A DNA stretch of 64,000 nt from Spirochaetota bacterium (lineage in GTDB: Bacteria; Spirochaetota; UBA12135; COTS27): positions 711-64,710 of the forward strand of contig CBDFMP010000037.1 of NCBI GenBank assembly GCA_965249715.1, in the 5' to 3' direction. Under the pieces are notes generated by a model, which was not told the origin of the DNA, ran no database searches, and saw only the letters and a list, made by a program, of their open reading frames with translations. Shown here piece by piece: positions 38,197 to 46,874 of this stretch. Every line of letters begins with the position of its first letter. The first letter of the stretch is position 1. A program made the position numbers and the translations under genes.

Positions 38197-39519
38197 CTAG
38201 GACTGAGTTTGCATGAGTGTCTGACAAGCTGCGTAAAGGCGGTCAAAGACATGGCGGATATGCTCACGCTCCAGACAGGAAAAAGCAATGCGGATATCGC
38301 TTTCACTAGTGGCAATAACGCCAATGCCATCCTTATGCAGGAGGTGTTGGCGCAAAGTTTCGGCGTTGAGGCCTTCCGCTAATTTAACCAGCATGAAATA
38401 CCCTGAATTGAAAGGGTAGGGTTTGAACATGGTGGCATACTTGCTGTCTGAGAGTACGCGTTTAACCTCAGTGATGCGTGTTTGCAAGAGCTCATAGTTG
38501 GCTTTAAAATCATCGTCACTCTCTCCGCTTATAAGGGCTTTGAGAATAATATTCTGAGCGGGGGTGGAGCAATTGGAAATGCTGCCGCGTAGCGCCCCCA
38601 TGGCTTTTTGTTCTAATGCATTGTAAAATTCAGCCGTCGCCGACTGGGTGGCGAAAGTGATAAACCCTATGCGGAAGCCCCAAACAAAAAGCTCTTTGGT
38701 CGCACCACAGATCTTAATACTGAGAATGTTTTTATGCGCATCAGCCAGCATAGAGAATAGTGAGTATTGATAGACATTGTTTTCAAAAAAGAGTCCAAAA
38801 TACGCTTCGTCTAAAATGACAAGAATTTGTATGCCCTGCTCAGCCAGCTCGTTGAGTACGGAGACAATGCCTTCAGCTTCATTTTGCGTGGGAGCGTAAC
38901 CGGTAGGATTATTCGGGAAGTTCAAAATAGTGCGTACACTGCCCGTGCTTTCGCCTTCTTTACGCAGAGCTTCGCGATAGGCACTGAGATTAAAACCTTC
39001 AGCTTTAAAAAATGGGAAATAACGCAGTTGCGCGTTGGTCAGAACGTTCATCATCAGGCGATAGTTGCCCCAAAGCTGGTCAGGCAGGACAATCGCTTGC
39101 CCTTCGTCAATAAAGAGCTGAGCCGCTAAATAAAGCGCTTGTGTGAGACCTGCGGTGACGATGGGAAGAGAAATGGGCTTCTCTTTCAATAACGGGTTCA
39201 GCCGCACAATGCGCTCCTGCCAGACACGTCTGAGCGCAGGATTGCCGCCAGAACCAGTGTAACTGAAGAGCTCTTTGTTTTCCAACTCTTCACTGAAGTA
39301 CTTTCTGATGGATGGAAAGCCGATGGGACGACCATCCTTGAGGGCAATGCCAATAGTGGCATTGTAACGCTGATCGGCATGCTGAGTGGCTTCTGCGGAT
39401 TGGCTGACAATGCCCTTGCTGGGGAAAAAGAGTTTTTTGCCCGTGCGTGAGAGCAGGTTGTAAGCAGTGGGGCTTAGGTTTTGAATGGTGCGATTGAGGG
39501 TTTGTGCTTGCGGGTTCAT
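38197..39519 (-). CDS. PLP-dependent aminotransferase, class I/II
   Basis: 440 aa. FPNNPTGY. Lys-containing segment KICGATKELFVWGFRIGF. Substrate not assignable. Confidence 0.7.
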   Translation of the reverse strand: MNPQAQTLNRTIQNLSPTAYNLLSRTGKKLFFPSKGIVSQSAEATQHADQRYNATIGIALKDGRPIGFPSIRKYFSEELENKELFSYTGSGGNPALRRVWQERIVRLNPLLKEKPISLPIVTAGLTQALYLAAQLFIDEGQAIVLPDQLWGNYRLMMNVLTNAQLRYFPFFKAEGFNLSAYREALRKEGESTGSVRTILNFPNNPTGYAPTQNEAEGIVSVLNELAEQGIQILVILDEAYFGLFFENNVYQYSLFSMLADAHKNILSIKICGATKELFVWGFRIGFITFATQSATAEFYNALEQKAMGALRGSISNCSTPAQNIILKALISGESDDDFKANYELLQTRITEVKRVLSDSKYATMFKPYPFNSGYFMLVKLAEGLNAETLRQHLLHKDGIGVIATSESDIRIAFSCLEREHIRHVFDRLYAACQTLMQTQS

Positions 39520-39567
39520 TGTACTGAATTCCTTTACTTGTATGATACTGTTTATGGCGGCAACGAC

Positions 39568-42500
39568 TTAGCTGGATGGGGTGGCGACAGGAGTGTGTTT
39601 GTTGAGCTTGACCATGAAACGATGCCCCAGTAATGTTACCGTACTCAGCTCCTTTGTGGCAGTGGAGGGCAGTGGATGGAACTGCAGGGTGTGGGCAAGC
39701 GTTTGTTCGCTTATGGTTTGTTTATGGTTGGCTAAGGCGGTAACAAGGGCTTCGTTGCAATATAAACTCAGCTCAATGCTGTCATTGTATTCCAATGCGT
39801 TTTCTTTGCGTAGGTTTTGGATGGTATGGATCACTTCGCGTGCCAGTCCCTCCAGTTCCAGCTGAGGACTGAGCGCCGTATGCAGAATGCAGCTGAGCTC
39901 GCCATGATTATGCAGTGAACTGTCTTTGGCTAACGAGCGGTGGACGCGCACAGCCGTTGCCGGGAGCTCATAGCTTTTGCCGGCAATGCTGAGTGTGAAA
40001 TGTCCAAGCTCGCGTGCTTTCACAATTTCTTTGCTGCTGAGCGCCATCAATGCAACATTGATAGCTTTGATCGTCTTATTGTACTGTTTACCAAGGATTT
40101 TAAAATCGGCTTTGGCGCTGTACGAGAGGTAGCGGTTTTCATCGCTGCTAAACGAGAGTATTTTGACGTTGAGCTCCTCGCGGATCATTGAACTGTAGCG
40201 CTTCAATAGCGGCTCCACTTGCCGGTTGCTGCTGATAAATGTCAGTTCGCCCACCGGTTGACGGATGCGGAGTTTTGCGGCAATGCGCGCATTGCGCCCC
40301 AAGGTAATAAGTTCATTGACCAATGTCAAAGCTTGCTCGAGTGTTTTGTCACGCAAGGCAGGATGAGGAGTGGGGTAGTCTTCCAAATGTACAGAGCTTT
40401 TATCGGCGGGAGTTTTGAGCGCGTCGTAAATGGCTTCCGCTAGAAATGGCATAAACGGCGCTAAGATGACGGAAAAGTGTTTGAGCGTGCTGTAAAGCGT
40501 TTGGTACGCCGCTGCTTTTTCAATGTCCGTCTGATGCTGTGAGCGTTTCCAGAAACGCTCACGTGAACGTCTGATGTAAATGTTGGTGAGCTTATCGATA
40601 AAATTGCTGAGCGGCGGAACGGCCTTATAAAGCTCGTAACTATCCATGGCAGTTTTAAGCTCGTCAAGCAGCGTCTCACGCGTGGAGAGGATCCAGCGAT
40701 CCAAAGGATGCACCAGCTTGGCGGGGTCATCGCGCAGCCAACTGCGATCGGCAGGCGCTTGCCAATTATCCATATTGGCATAGGTGCAGAAAAAAGAAAG
40801 TGCATTCCAAAGCGGAAGCATCAGGTTGCGCATGACGCGGAGAATGCCCTGCTCAGAAAATCGCAATGTTTCGCCTTTGAGGACAGCGGATGAAATAAGA
40901 TAAGCGCGCAAGGCATCGGCACCGTATTGATCGAGGATGGCAGCAGGAGCGGGATAATTCTTGAGGCGTTTGGACATTTTTTTGCCGTCTTTAGCTAAGA
41001 TAAGACCGCTAACCACTACATTTTTGAACGAACTTTTCCCAAAGAGACTGGTGGCAATAACCAACAGCGTATAAAACCAGCCACGTGTTTGATCTAAGCC
41101 CTCAGCTATAAAATCCGCAGGAAACCCAGCTTCAAAAGCTTTTTTGTTTTCAAAAGGATAATGTTTATGGGCATAGGGCATGCTGCCAGATTCAAACCAG
41201 CAGTCCAGTACTTCACTGACGCGCCTAAATATTTTACCGTTGCGGGTGATGGTAAGTTCATCAATACCCGGTTTATGCAAATCCTCAGGCGCTGTCCCAC
41301 TCAGCTCTCTCAGTTCTTCAATAGAGCCCACGCAAATGCGTTCGCCGTCAGCCGCTTCCCATATAGGAATAGGCGTACCCCAGTAGCGATTGCGGCTGAT
41401 CGCCCAGTCCTTGGCTTCGCTGAGCCAGCTGCCGAAACGTCCAGTTTTTATATGCCCGGGCACCCAATGAATACTCTCATTGTTTGCACAGAGCTGATCC
41501 TTAATGGCTTCTACATTCACAAACCATGTGGAAATTGCCTTGTAAATGAGCGGTGTATCGGTGCGCCAGCAATAAGGGTAACTGTGCTTAATTGTGCGGT
41601 GTTGAAATAGACGCCCGCGTTGCTTAAGCTCCTTAATAATAGCTGGAACTGCCGCGTTAAAAAGGCTTTTGCGGGCAACGGCAATGTCCTCACTAAAGAA
41701 CCCATCGGCGTCAATGGGATCGTAATGCGGCAATTCATGTTTTTGGCAGAGCTCAAAGTCGTCCTCGCCATAAGCAGGCGCACAATGGACAATGCCAACA
41801 CCTTCCGTCGCACCCACAAAATCTGCAGGCAGTACTTGAAATGCGTTTTTCAGCTTAACATCGGCGGCGAGGGCGGTGGCTGCATAAGAAAAAGGAGCTT
41901 CATATCGCATGCCGCTAAGCTTGCTGCCGGGGAATGTGCTGACGACTTTATATGTTTTGTCACCAAAAGCATGTTGCAAACAACTTTCGGCAAGGATATA
42001 GGTTTCATTATTGAATTGGGCTTTGACGTAACAGAGGTCGGGATTGACGGCAATCGCCAAATTGCCAACAAGCGTCCACGGCGTAGTCGTCCATGCAAGA
42101 ATACTTTCCTTGTGTTTTCCACTGACCGGGAATTTGACGATGATAGCAGGATCCTGAACGGTTTGGTAGTTGAGCTTGGCTTCAAAGTTAGAGAGAATGG
42201 TGGTGGCTTTCCATGAATAAGGCACCACCTTAAAACCTTTATAAATGAGACCCTTATCGTAGATCTGCTTGAATACCCACCAAATGCTTTCCATGAAGTT
42301 TCTGTCCATGGTTTTATAATCGTTTTTAAAGTCCACCCAGCGCCCAATGCGTTCAACAGTCTCCTGCCATTGTGCAGTGTACCGCAGGACAATGCTTTTG
42401 CATTCCCGGTTAAACTCAGCAATGCCGAAAGCTTGGATGTCTTTACTAGTTTTAAGCTTGAGCTGTTTTTGCATTTCCATTTCCACAGGGAGACCATGAC

Positions 42501-42765
42501 AATCCCAGCCAAACCTGCGTTCCACATATTTGCCCTGCATGGCATGGTAACGCGGAACAATGTCTTTGATAATACCCGCCAGCAGGTGTCCGTAATGCGG
42601 AAGTCCAGTGGCAAATGGGGGGCCATCGTAAAAAACATAACGCGGCTTATCCTTGCGCGCATTTAACGATGCTTCAAAAATATTCTGTTCTTGCCAGAAT
42701 TTAAGAATGGTTTTTTCTTGTTCTGGAAACGAGATTTTATTAGGAATGCGCTTGAATTGGGGCAT
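39568..42765 (-). CDS. ileS: isoleucine--tRNA ligase, type 2 (eukaryote-like)
   Basis: 1065 aa. HIGH variant PHYGHLLAG, WDCHGLP, and KMSKRLKNYP (the KMSKS context typical of type-2 IleRS). Confidence 0.9.
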   Translation of the reverse strand: MPQFKRIPNKISFPEQEKTILKFWQEQNIFEASLNARKDKPRYVFYDGPPFATGLPHYGHLLAGIIKDIVPRYHAMQGKYVERRFGWDCHGLPVEMEMQKQLKLKTSKDIQAFGIAEFNRECKSIVLRYTAQWQETVERIGRWVDFKNDYKTMDRNFMESIWWVFKQIYDKGLIYKGFKVVPYSWKATTILSNFEAKLNYQTVQDPAIIVKFPVSGKHKESILAWTTTPWTLVGNLAIAVNPDLCYVKAQFNNETYILAESCLQHAFGDKTYKVVSTFPGSKLSGMRYEAPFSYAATALAADVKLKNAFQVLPADFVGATEGVGIVHCAPAYGEDDFELCQKHELPHYDPIDADGFFSEDIAVARKSLFNAAVPAIIKELKQRGRLFQHRTIKHSYPYCWRTDTPLIYKAISTWFVNVEAIKDQLCANNESIHWVPGHIKTGRFGSWLSEAKDWAISRNRYWGTPIPIWEAADGERICVGSIEELRELSGTAPEDLHKPGIDELTITRNGKIFRRVSEVLDCWFESGSMPYAHKHYPFENKKAFEAGFPADFIAEGLDQTRGWFYTLLVIATSLFGKSSFKNVVVSGLILAKDGKKMSKRLKNYPAPAAILDQYGADALRAYLISSAVLKGETLRFSEQGILRVMRNLMLPLWNALSFFCTYANMDNWQAPADRSWLRDDPAKLVHPLDRWILSTRETLLDELKTAMDSYELYKAVPPLSNFIDKLTNIYIRRSRERFWKRSQHQTDIEKAAAYQTLYSTLKHFSVILAPFMPFLAEAIYDALKTPADKSSVHLEDYPTPHPALRDKTLEQALTLVNELITLGRNARIAAKLRIRQPVGELTFISSNRQVEPLLKRYSSMIREELNVKILSFSSDENRYLSYSAKADFKILGKQYNKTIKAINVALMALSSKEIVKARELGHFTLSIAGKSYELPATAVRVHRSLAKDSSLHNHGELSCILHTALSPQLELEGLAREVIHTIQNLRKENALEYNDSIELSLYCNEALVTALANHKQTISEQTLAHTLQFHPLPSTATKELSTVTLLGHRFMVKLNKHTPVATPSS

Positions 42766-43002
42766 AAGGAAGACTCAGCTTGTGAACATTTTACAGCTGT
42801 GTAAGAGAAATTTTAAAATAAATTACATGTTTTGTCAAATTTTAAACTAACAACTGCTGAAAATAGGACTTTAATTTGAATTTAAACGGCAAACTTTGTT
42901 GTTTGATTGCATGGTTTTATATTTTTTTTGATTTATTGAAAATATGTGATTGTATTAACCCAAATATGCGTATAATTTATGTGTTTGGCAGGTAATAAAT
43001 TT

Positions 43003-43036
43003 ATGAAATTAACGAAATTATGAAATTAACGAAACG
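43003..43036 (+). promoter_or_regulatory. 17-bp tandem duplication of the msrB start, creating a 6-codon uORF (MKLTKL*) whose TGA overlaps the msrB ATG
   Basis: atgaaattaacgaaatt (43003-43019) is followed by atgaaattaacgaaacg (43020-43036). uORF runs 43003-23; ATGA overlap at 43020-43023. Confidence 0.6.
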
Positions 43037-43631
43037 TGGTTTTATCAGACGATTTGTAGTGCTGGGTATCGGTGTAGGTGCAGCGTTTAGCACTTGGGGT
43101 ATATGGAGACGTAGCACCCATCGTTCTCAGCCGCTTAGCTCTAGTGGCGATGGTATAATGAAGGCTGAACTTGTGGCTGTGACTGATAAAAAGGAACAAA
43201 AAAGCGGAAAAAAAGTGATGATTGAAAAATTGGATTTGAGCAATGCTGAGTGGAAACGCCGATTGACGCCCGAACAATACTATATTCTCCGTAAAGAAGG
43301 CACAGAACGCGCTTTCACTTCGGAACTTAATGATGAAAAACGTGAAGGCGTTTTTCAGTGTGCAGGCTGCGACCTTGAACTCTTCACCAGCAAAATGAAA
43401 TACGATAGCGGTACCGGGTGGCCTAGTTTTTTTACCCATATTGAAGGACGTTTTGAAACCAAAGACGATTACAAACTGTTCGGTAAACGTACAGAATACC
43501 ATTGCGCACGCTGCGGTGGTCACCATGGACATGTTTTTAACGATGGTCCCCAACCCACTTACGAACGCTGGTGCAATAATGGCATTGCCTTGAAGTTTGT
43601 TTTTAATGCTGAAGAAAAGCAAAAGGGCTAG
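43020..43631 (+). CDS. msrB: peptide-methionine (R)-S-oxide reductase with Tat-like signal
   Basis: SelR landmarks CAGCDLELF, CARCGGHHGHVFNDGP, RWCNNG. The N-terminus KRGFIRRFVVLGIGVGAAF resembles a twin-arginine signal. Confidence 0.85.
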   Translation: MKLTKRGFIRRFVVLGIGVGAAFSTWGIWRRSTHRSQPLSSSGDGIMKAELVAVTDKKEQKSGKKVMIEKLDLSNAEWKRRLTPEQYYILRKEGTERAFTSELNDEKREGVFQCAGCDLELFTSKMKYDSGTGWPSFFTHIEGRFETKDDYKLFGKRTEYHCARCGGHHGHVFNDGPQPTYERWCNNGIALKFVFNAEEKQKG

Positions 43632-43643
43632 GGGTATGGATCA

Positions 43644-44360
43644 GTGGTTGTGACACATGTATATCGGTATTGTTTATGGGCGTTTATATTTGCCTGTTAT
43701 GGAGCAGGTTTGGGATTATGGGCTATGACAAATACACAAATCAATGCACAATTGGATGATGCTGCCGCACTGAAAGCACTCAATGAGCCCAACTCCAAGC
43801 TCAAGAGCGCCACATTTGCCGGTGGCTGTTTTTGGTGCATGGAGCCGCCTTATGATAAACTCAAAGGCGTAACGGCTACTATTTCCGGTTATACAGGCGG
43901 TGATAAAAAAGATCCCAGCTATCAACAAGTAGTAGCGGGAGGGACGGGACATCGTGAAGCATTGCAGGTGATTTACGACCCCGCGGAAGTTAGCTACAAA
44001 GAACTCTTAGCGGTGTTTTGGCACAATGTTGACCCACTGGATGATCACGGGCAATTTTGCGATAAAGGCTTCCAATACACCACTGCTATTTTCGCTCACA
44101 ATGTCTTACAGCGAAAGGCTGCAATTGCTTCTAAACAGACGGCATTGCAGGAGCTAGCCGCACACAATGCCCAACAGCAAGCTGCGCACATCGTGACAGA
44201 AATTCTTCCCGCCAGTACTTTTTACGTGGCTGAAGGTTATCATCAGGACTATTACAGAAAAAGCGCGGTGCGTTACAAGTTTTATCGTTATTCCTGCGGA
44301 CGTGATAAACGGCTTACGCAACTATGGGGAAGCTTGGCAGGGAAAGGCTCAGGCACTTAG
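43644..44360 (+). CDS. msrA: peptide-methionine (S)-S-oxide reductase
   Basis: Active-site motif GGCFWCME. A GTG start at 43644 would add a hydrophobic N-terminal segment (YCLWAFIFACYGAGLGLWA). An internal Met start is the alternative. Confidence 0.85.
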   Translation: MVVTHVYRYCLWAFIFACYGAGLGLWAMTNTQINAQLDDAAALKALNEPNSKLKSATFAGGCFWCMEPPYDKLKGVTATISGYTGGDKKDPSYQQVVAGGTGHREALQVIYDPAEVSYKELLAVFWHNVDPLDDHGQFCDKGFQYTTAIFAHNVLQRKAAIASKQTALQELAAHNAQQQAAHIVTEILPASTFYVAEGYHQDYYRKSAVRYKFYRYSCGRDKRLTQLWGSLAGKGSGT

Positions 44361-44382
44361 ACAGGGCTTTCCTACAGCAAGC

Positions 44383-45099
44383 TTAACTGTTGGACATGTT
44401 TTGTTCAATTTCAGTAAACTGCTTGACTGTAGTTTTTCTAATTTCATCTGAATGTTCAATGATACTTTTATGAGCTTTATAATTTTTTTCAGGGTTGGAA
44501 GTATTGTCATATACTGGAATGATAACTTGCACTCCATTTCTTCTAGCCTCTTTTATTGCAGGTATAAGGTCTGTATCATTAGTGATTAAAATTATTTTAT
44601 CAACTAGCTTGTTTAAAGAATAATGTGCAATATCAAGTCCTATTTTTATATCAACGCCTTTTTGAACAAAATCTTCGTAGAAGATTTTATCACTTAATGT
44701 TAATGTTATTTGCGGTTGATGGGACTGGCTTTTTATTTGCTCAATTATCTTCTTTTTTAAATTAAGACCTCTGAAAGCTAGTCGCCCCATGCGGAGTGCG
44801 ACCCCAGGCTGTTCTCCCAGATATCTGAATAACATGGAGAATTTTTCAGATTTTTTACTAGCAATTTTGTCTTTGGAAATAGGTTCGTTTGGTGGAGCTT
44901 CCCAGCGGTGTGGGTAACAGTCATAATAAAGAATACGAAATAGTTCCTCATGTTTAGCTTCATCAATTGTTGATTTAATATTTTCAATAAGAAACTTACT
45001 GTATTGTTCGGGAGATATGTATTGATTTTTTTGTTCCTTTATTTTAGGGAGTATCATCCTTAAGAAGCCCCCATCCACCATTACAACAACTTTTTTCAT
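44383..45099 (-). CDS. NYN-domain (LabA-like, PIN-related) protein
   Basis: MKKVVVMVDGGFL at the N-terminus and KIILITNDTDLIPAIKEARRNGVQVII later. The ORF track extends to 45144, but that ATG lies inside a palindrome, so I prefer ATG 45099. Confidence 0.65.
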   Translation of the reverse strand: MKKVVVMVDGGFLRMILPKIKEQKNQYISPEQYSKFLIENIKSTIDEAKHEELFRILYYDCYPHRWEAPPNEPISKDKIASKKSEKFSMLFRYLGEQPGVALRMGRLAFRGLNLKKKIIEQIKSQSHQPQITLTLSDKIFYEDFVQKGVDIKIGLDIAHYSLNKLVDKIILITNDTDLIPAIKEARRNGVQVIIPVYDNTSNPEKNYKAHKSIIEHSDEIRKTTVKQFTEIEQNMSNS

Positions 45100-45117
45100 T
45101 TGGATATGGAAATAAGA

Positions 45118-45144
45118 ATGGTCCAACCTCAAAGGTTGGACCAT
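45118..45144 (-). promoter_or_regulatory. perfect 11-bp-arm palindrome in the NYN leader (copy 1)
   Basis: atggtccaacc-tcaaa-ggttggaccat, ~20 nt upstream of ATG 45099. On the coding strand it is followed by ttcttatttcc. Confidence 0.6.
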
Positions 45145-45174
45145 GGATATAAGCAGCCTTACGGCCGTAAAACT

Positions 45175-45183
45175 ATTATAACA
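45175..45183 (-). promoter_or_regulatory. extended -10 promoter candidate (TGTTATAAT) for the NYN gene; duplicate at 45718-45726
   Basis: The minus strand reads ...aaagtaTGtTATAATagtt... ~75 nt upstream of ATG 45099. No good -35. Confidence 0.4.
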
Positions 45184-45270
45184 TACTTTAAAAAAAAACT
45201 TTGAAAATTTTTAGTAAAACTTTTCTTAATATAGGCTTGAAAACAGGAGAATAGCAGGCGCGATTATCAA

Positions 45271-45642
45271 TTAACAATTTATTTGCTCAATTATCTCTTT
45301 TTTTAAATTAAGACCTCTGAAAGCTAGTCGCCCCATGCGGAGTGCGACCCCAGGCTGTTCTCCCAGATATCTGAATAACATGGAGAATTTTTCAGATTTT
45401 TTACTAGCAATTTTGTCTTTGGAAATAGGTTCGTTTGGTGGAGCTTCCCAGCGGTGTGGGTAACAGTCATAATAAAGAATACGAAATAGTTCCTCATGTT
45501 TAGCTTCATCAATTGTTGATTTAATATTTTCAATAAGAAACTTACTGTATTGTTCGGGAGATATGTATTGATTTTGTTCCTTTATTTTAGGGAGTATCAT
45601 CCTTAAGAAGTCCCCATCCACCATTACAACAACTTTTTTCAT
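45271..45642 (-). pseudogene. truncated duplicate of the NYN gene (first ~120 codons, ends at the duplication junction)
   Basis: MKKVVVMVDGDFL...LKKEIIEQINC*. Differs from the full copy by G->D, a one-codon deletion and a few changes near the junction. Confidence 0.7.
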
Positions 45643-45660
45643 TTGGATATGGAAATAAGA

Positions 45661-45687
45661 ATGGTCCAACCTCAAAGGTTGGACCAT
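45661..45687 (-). promoter_or_regulatory. same 11-bp-arm palindrome (copy 2, in the duplicated unit)
   Basis: Identical sequence 543 bp from copy 1. Confidence 0.6.
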
Positions 45688-45837
45688 GGATATAAGCAGC
45701 CTTACGGCCGTAAAACTATTATAACATACTTTAAAAAAAACTTTGAAAATTTTTAGTAAAACTTTTCTTAATATAGGCTTGAAAACAGGAGAATAGCAGG
45801 CGCGATTATCAATTAACAATTAACGCTTCCGCAATGA

Positions 45838-45846
45838 TGTTATAAT
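45838..45846 (+). promoter_or_regulatory. extended -10 promoter candidate (TGTTATAAT) upstream of folD
   Basis: gaTGtTATAATatc, ~110 nt before the folD ATG. Confidence 0.3.
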
Positions 45847-45957
45847 ATCATTGAACTGCAGCTCATGAAATGCTTGACATCAGCTTTCATGATTAGGGTT
45901 AGCTAAATCGTTCTGAGTCAAGCTGTTTGACGCGGGCAAGCTGCTGATTACTCATCG

Positions 45958-46848
45958 ATGTTAGCGCATAAAACCAACACCGCTCGGCTTATTGACGGGA
46001 AGGCTCACGCAGCGGCATGGCTTGCTGCTGTTAAAGTAGAAACTGCCGCCCTCAGCGCAGCACACGGACGCTGCCCTGGCCTCGCTACTATTCTTGTTGG
46101 CGATGCTCCCGCATCAGCTGTTTATGTGTCCATGAAACGTAAAAAGGCACAGGCACTCGGATTTCACGATCAACATATTGCCCTGCCCGCCACACTCAGC
46201 CAAGCCGCTCTCAATGCAGAACTTACGGCACTCAATGCCAACCCCGCCATCGACGCCATCCTCGTACAATTACCCCTGCCTGCGCACTTGGACATCGAAC
46301 AGATGATTGATGTGCTGGGCCCGCAGAAAGATGTCGACGGCTTTCACAGCACCACACTCGGTAAATGTTTCCGTGCCTATCATTCAGACCTCATTGCTCC
46401 CTGTACGCCATTTGGCATTATGAAACTGCTGCAATGTGAAAATATTACATTAGCAGGCAAACATGTCGTCATTGTCGGACGTTCCAATCTTGTCGGTAAA
46501 CCGCTGGCTGCTATGCTCATGCAAAAAAACGGCGGTAATGCCACAGTTACGGTTGTTCACAGCGGAACCATTGCATTGACGCAGCATACACAATCAGCTG
46601 ATGTGCTGATTGCAGCAGCTGGGCAACCCCAGCTTATCACTGCTGAACATGTTAAAACGGGCGCTGTCGTTATTGATGTGGGGACAAATAAACTTGCCAA
46701 TGGACGCCTGGTCGGCGATGTGGATTTCCCAGCCGTTAGCCAAAAAGCCGCATTGTTGACACCCGTACCAGGCGGAGTGGGGCCCATGACTATCGCCGCG
46801 CTGATGGCAAATACCCTTAAACTTTTTAAACAGCATACAACTGCTTGA
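45958..46848 (+). CDS. folD: bifunctional methylenetetrahydrofolate dehydrogenase/methenyl-THF cyclohydrolase
   Basis: 296 aa. ILVQLPLP, DVDGFH, VVIVGRSNLVGKPLA, PVPGGVGPMTIA. Confidence 0.9.
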   Translation: MLAHKTNTARLIDGKAHAAAWLAAVKVETAALSAAHGRCPGLATILVGDAPASAVYVSMKRKKAQALGFHDQHIALPATLSQAALNAELTALNANPAIDAILVQLPLPAHLDIEQMIDVLGPQKDVDGFHSTTLGKCFRAYHSDLIAPCTPFGIMKLLQCENITLAGKHVVIVGRSNLVGKPLAAMLMQKNGGNATVTVVHSGTIALTQHTQSADVLIAAAGQPQLITAEHVKTGAVVIDVGTNKLANGRLVGDVDFPAVSQKAALLTPVPGGVGPMTIAALMANTLKLFKQHTTA

Positions 46849-46874
46849 AAAGCAATAGGCGGCTTAATCAGCTG

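Larger units (their letters stand above)
44733..45821 (-). repeat. tandem duplication (2 x ~545 bp) of the NYN gene 5' two-fifths plus its upstream region
   Basis: Offset is 546 bp at the 3' side (atttgc at 44735 vs 45281) and 543 bp after a 3-nt indel. The unit ends ...aattaacaatt at 45279 and 45821. Only a few substitutions separate the copies. Confidence 0.9.

Noticed and set aside
39581-42850. Numerous ORFs overlapping ileS on both strands (for example 41620-42216, 41850-42662, 41161-41610).
   Set aside because: They are embedded in, or out of frame with, the 1065-aa IleRS gene. They have no motifs or start signals and are typical long-gene shadows.
43026-43622. 198-aa minus-strand ORF opposite msrB.
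   Set aside because: msrB has all its catalytic motifs on the plus strand, and the antisense ORF has none.
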